Below, piece by piece: positions 49,137 to 51,405 of a DNA stretch of 51,405 nt. The stretch's first letter is position 1; the number at the start of each line of letters is the position of its first letter. The stretch spans positions 1 through 51,405 of the forward strand of contig JBBISH010000033.1 in NCBI GenBank assembly GCA_037441385.1. Reading direction: 5' to 3'. This stretch comes from Myxococcales bacterium. GTDB lineage: Bacteria > Myxococcota_A > UBA9042. Made by a program: the position numbers and the translations under genes. Under the pieces are notes generated by a model that was not told the DNA's origin, made no database searches, and saw nothing but the letters and a program-made list of their open reading frames with translations.

Positions 49137-51405
49137 ATGCAATCATTCAAACAATTGATAGTCCGGGCAGCCTGGCTAGCCAGTGCGATGCTGGCAGTCG
49201 GCAGCGGCTGTTCCGACACCAAGCAAGGCAGCGGCACCGGCACGGCAGGCGCTGGCACCGACACCGGCAACTTTGTGTTCGACGCCAACGATGGCAGCGG
49301 TGGCGGCGGGAACGACGGCAACGCGACAGCCGATAGCACCGAAGCCCCCGACAACCAAGGCGACGGCGGCGACGGCAGCAGCGCCGACGCGGGCAAGCCC
49401 GACGTCAGCACCGTGGGCGACTTTGGCAAGGCCTGCAAAAGCGACAGCGACTGCGAGTCGGGCTGGTGCATCGAAGGCTACAACGGCTACTTCTGCACGC
49501 AGTCGTGCGGTGGCAGCTGCCCCAAGGGCTATGTTTGTCAAAAGGTTTTTGCCAACAGCACGCAACCTGTGTTCTTGTGCATGGCGCCCGTCAACAAGCT
49601 GTGCAAGCCCTGCACCACCGACCTGGATTGCTCGGGCGGCGCTTGCGTCGACAAGGACGGCGAGCACTTCTGCGCCACGCCGTGCGGCGGCAGCCTGCCG
49701 GGTTGCCCGGCGTCGCACAGCTGCGAGCCGATGAAAAACCCAGACGGCAGCGCTGGGTCCACCGTCTGCATGCCCAACTCGGGCACGTGTGCGTGCTCGG
49801 CCAAGTCCAGCGGCTTGGTGCGCGCCTGCCAACAGTCCAGCGGCCCGCAAACCTGCTACGGCATCGAGACTTGCAGCAGCGGCCAGTGGAGCACCTGCCA
49901 GTTGCCGGGCGAGGTCTGCAACGGCCAAGACGACGACTGCAACGGCGTGGTCGACGACGGCTTTGTGGACAGCAGCGGCAAGTACGCCACTTTGCAGGCG
50001 TGCGGCCAGTGCGGCATCAACTGTGCCGTGCTGAGCGGCGCCAACGCCAAACCCGCGTGCAAGGTCAACGACCAGGGCGCGGCGCAATGCGTGCTGAACT
50101 GCGACGCGGGCTACTTTGACGTGGACGACAACCCCAAGACCGGCTGCGAGTGCTTCAAGACCTCGTCGACCGATATCCCCGACGGCCCCGACCAAAACTG
50201 CGACGGCATCGACGGCGAGGTCGAAAACGGCGTGTTCGTGGCGCTGACCGGCAACGACAACAACAACGGCAGTCCGAGTGCGCCCTTGGCCACCATCGGG
50301 GCCGCCATGGCCAAGGCCTCGGCCACCGGCAAGCGCGACGTGTACGTCGCCACCGGCGTATACGAGGCCTCGTTGACCTTGGTCGCGGGCGTCCACGTGT
50401 ACGGCGGCTACAGCGCCGATTTCCGCTTCCACGACCCACAAGCGTACGAGACGGTGGTCCTGGGCACCCAGCCCACGGGCGATCAACCCGGCGCCGTCAA
50501 CGCGATCGGCCTGGCCGGCGCCAAGGCCACCTTCGACGGTTTCACCGTGTATGGCGTGTCCGTCAAGGGCAAGGGCGCGTCGACCTACGGCATCTACGTC
50601 CGCGACTGCGACAACGGCCTGACCATCCACGGCAATCGCATGGTGGCGGGCGACGCCGGAGCGGGCACGCCCGGCTCGGCTGGCAGCAACGGCGAAGGCG
50701 GTACCCCCGGCACGGCCGGAAGCAACGCCAAAGACATCGGCGGCTACACTTGCAGTGCCGCGAACAATACCGCAGGCGGCAAGCCGGGCACCCACAGCTG
50801 CGGCGGCACCGACGTCAGCGGCGGCACCGGCGGCACCGCGGTCTGCCCCGACTACGACGAAGACGGCGCGCAGCCCAAGTCCAGCCCGTACAAGCAGACC
50901 TTGAGCACCACCGAACAAGGCGGCACCGGCAAGGGCAGTGGCGGCGGCAAGGGCGGCATGCCCGGTTACGACGCCATCATTTGGGACGGCAGCTCGTCGT
51001 GCGGCATCTGCAACCCGCCGCGGCTCAAGGACGGCGACCCGTTCCTCTACTCGGTGGGCAAGAACGGCGTCGACGGCGCGGACGGCGCCCAAGGCACGGC
51101 CGGCGTGGGCTGCAACCAGACCGACGGCAGCATCAGCGCCGGGCTGTGGACAGCCGGCACCGCGATCGCCGGCAGCGCTGGCTCGTACGGCAGCGGCGGC
51201 GGCGGCGGTGGCGCGGGCGGTGGCGTAGAAGTCACGCCGACTTGCACCAGCAACGCCCTGTTCAAGTACCCGGACATCGGCGGCTCGGGCGGCGGCGCCG
51301 GCTCGGGCGGCTGCGGCGGCACCGGCGGCAAGGCGGGCGGCTCGGGCGGCGGCAGTTTTGCCGTCTTCATGGTCTTTACGGGCAACCCCGCCAGCTTGCC
51401 CAGCT
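49137..51405 (+). CDS. 3'-truncated Cys-rich and Gly-rich lipoprotein (CNGxDDDCNG motif, DUF1565-like beta-helix entry, PGRS-like Gly tract); missing from the ORF track because it has no stop in the window
   Basis: GAGGT RBS and ATG 49137: MQSFKQLIVRAAWLASAMLAVGSGC. Later: CNGQDDDCNGVVDDG, VFVALTGNDNNNGSPSAPLATIGAA...VYVATGVY...VYGGY, then GGGGGGAGG tracts. Confidence 0.85.
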   Translation, partial: MQSFKQLIVRAAWLASAMLAVGSGCSDTKQGSGTGTAGAGTDTGNFVFDANDGSGGGGNDGNATADSTEAPDNQGDGGDGSSADAGKPDVSTVGDFGKACKSDSDCESGWCIEGYNGYFCTQSCGGSCPKGYVCQKVFANSTQPVFLCMAPVNKLCKPCTTDLDCSGGACVDKDGEHFCATPCGGSLPGCPASHSCEPMKNPDGSAGSTVCMPNSGTCACSAKSSGLVRACQQSSGPQTCYGIETCSSGQWSTCQLPGEVCNGQDDDCNGVVDDGFVDSSGKYATLQACGQCGINCAVLSGANAKPACKVNDQGAAQCVLNCDAGYFDVDDNPKTGCECFKTSSTDIPDGPDQNCDGIDGEVENGVFVALTGNDNNNGSPSAPLATIGAAMAKASATGKRDVYVATGVYEASLTLVAGVHVYGGYSADFRFHDPQAYETVVLGTQPTGDQPGAVNAIGLAGAKATFDGFTVYGVSVKGKGASTYGIYVRDCDNGLTIHGNRMVAGDAGAGTPGSAGSNGEGGTPGTAGSNAKDIGGYTCSAANNTAGGKPGTHSCGGTDVSGGTGGTAVCPDYDEDGAQPKSSPYKQTLSTTEQGGTGKGSGGGKGGMPGYDAIIWDGSSSCGICNPPRLKDGDPFLYSVGKNGVDGADGAQGTAGVGCNQTDGSISAGLWTAGTAIAGSAGSYGSGGGGGGAGGGVEVTPTCTSNALFKYPDIGGSGGGAGSGGCGGTGGKAGGSGGGSFAVFMVFTGNPASLPS

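Noticed and set aside
49176..51092. 638-aa minus-strand ORF
   Set aside because: Antisense to the plus-strand lipoprotein, which has an RBS, a lipobox and recognisable motifs.

Overview
High-GC bacterial DNA, most likely from a myxobacterium (Myxococcota). This is inferred from a MYXO-CTERM-like sorting tail, several giant Cys-rich lipoproteins and a CglB-like vWA lipoprotein. In order, the window holds: a truncated Pro-rich membrane protein; a Cys-rich repeat lipoprotein; a DUF2330 protein; and a minus-strand quinone operon (polyprenyl synthase, an in-frame DAHP synthase/HMG-CoA reductase fusion, menG, menF, menD, menH). Next come an SPFH-SPFH-TPR-MlaF-MlaE-exporter operon, boxC-boxB-enoyl-CoA hydratase, DUF4382 and TerC genes, a 1.7-kaa Cys-rich mosaic lipoprotein and a vWA lipoprotein. 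The rest is nadE, malQ, ppx, a beta-propeller lipoprotein, sodC, a reductive pyrimidine catabolism cluster (preT-preA-hydA-aminotransferase) and a truncated Cys/Gly-rich lipoprotein. Two signals stand out. (1) The DAHP synthase-HMG-CoA reductase fusion joins the committing steps for the menaquinone ring and for its isoprenoid tail. (2) The 0.77-kb preA-hydA gap carries co-varying REP-like hairpins and two extra copies of the hydA translation start, each with its own ribosome-binding site. No rRNA, tRNA, CRISPR array or transposase was recognised. All calls come from motif recognition by eye; no database searches were run.
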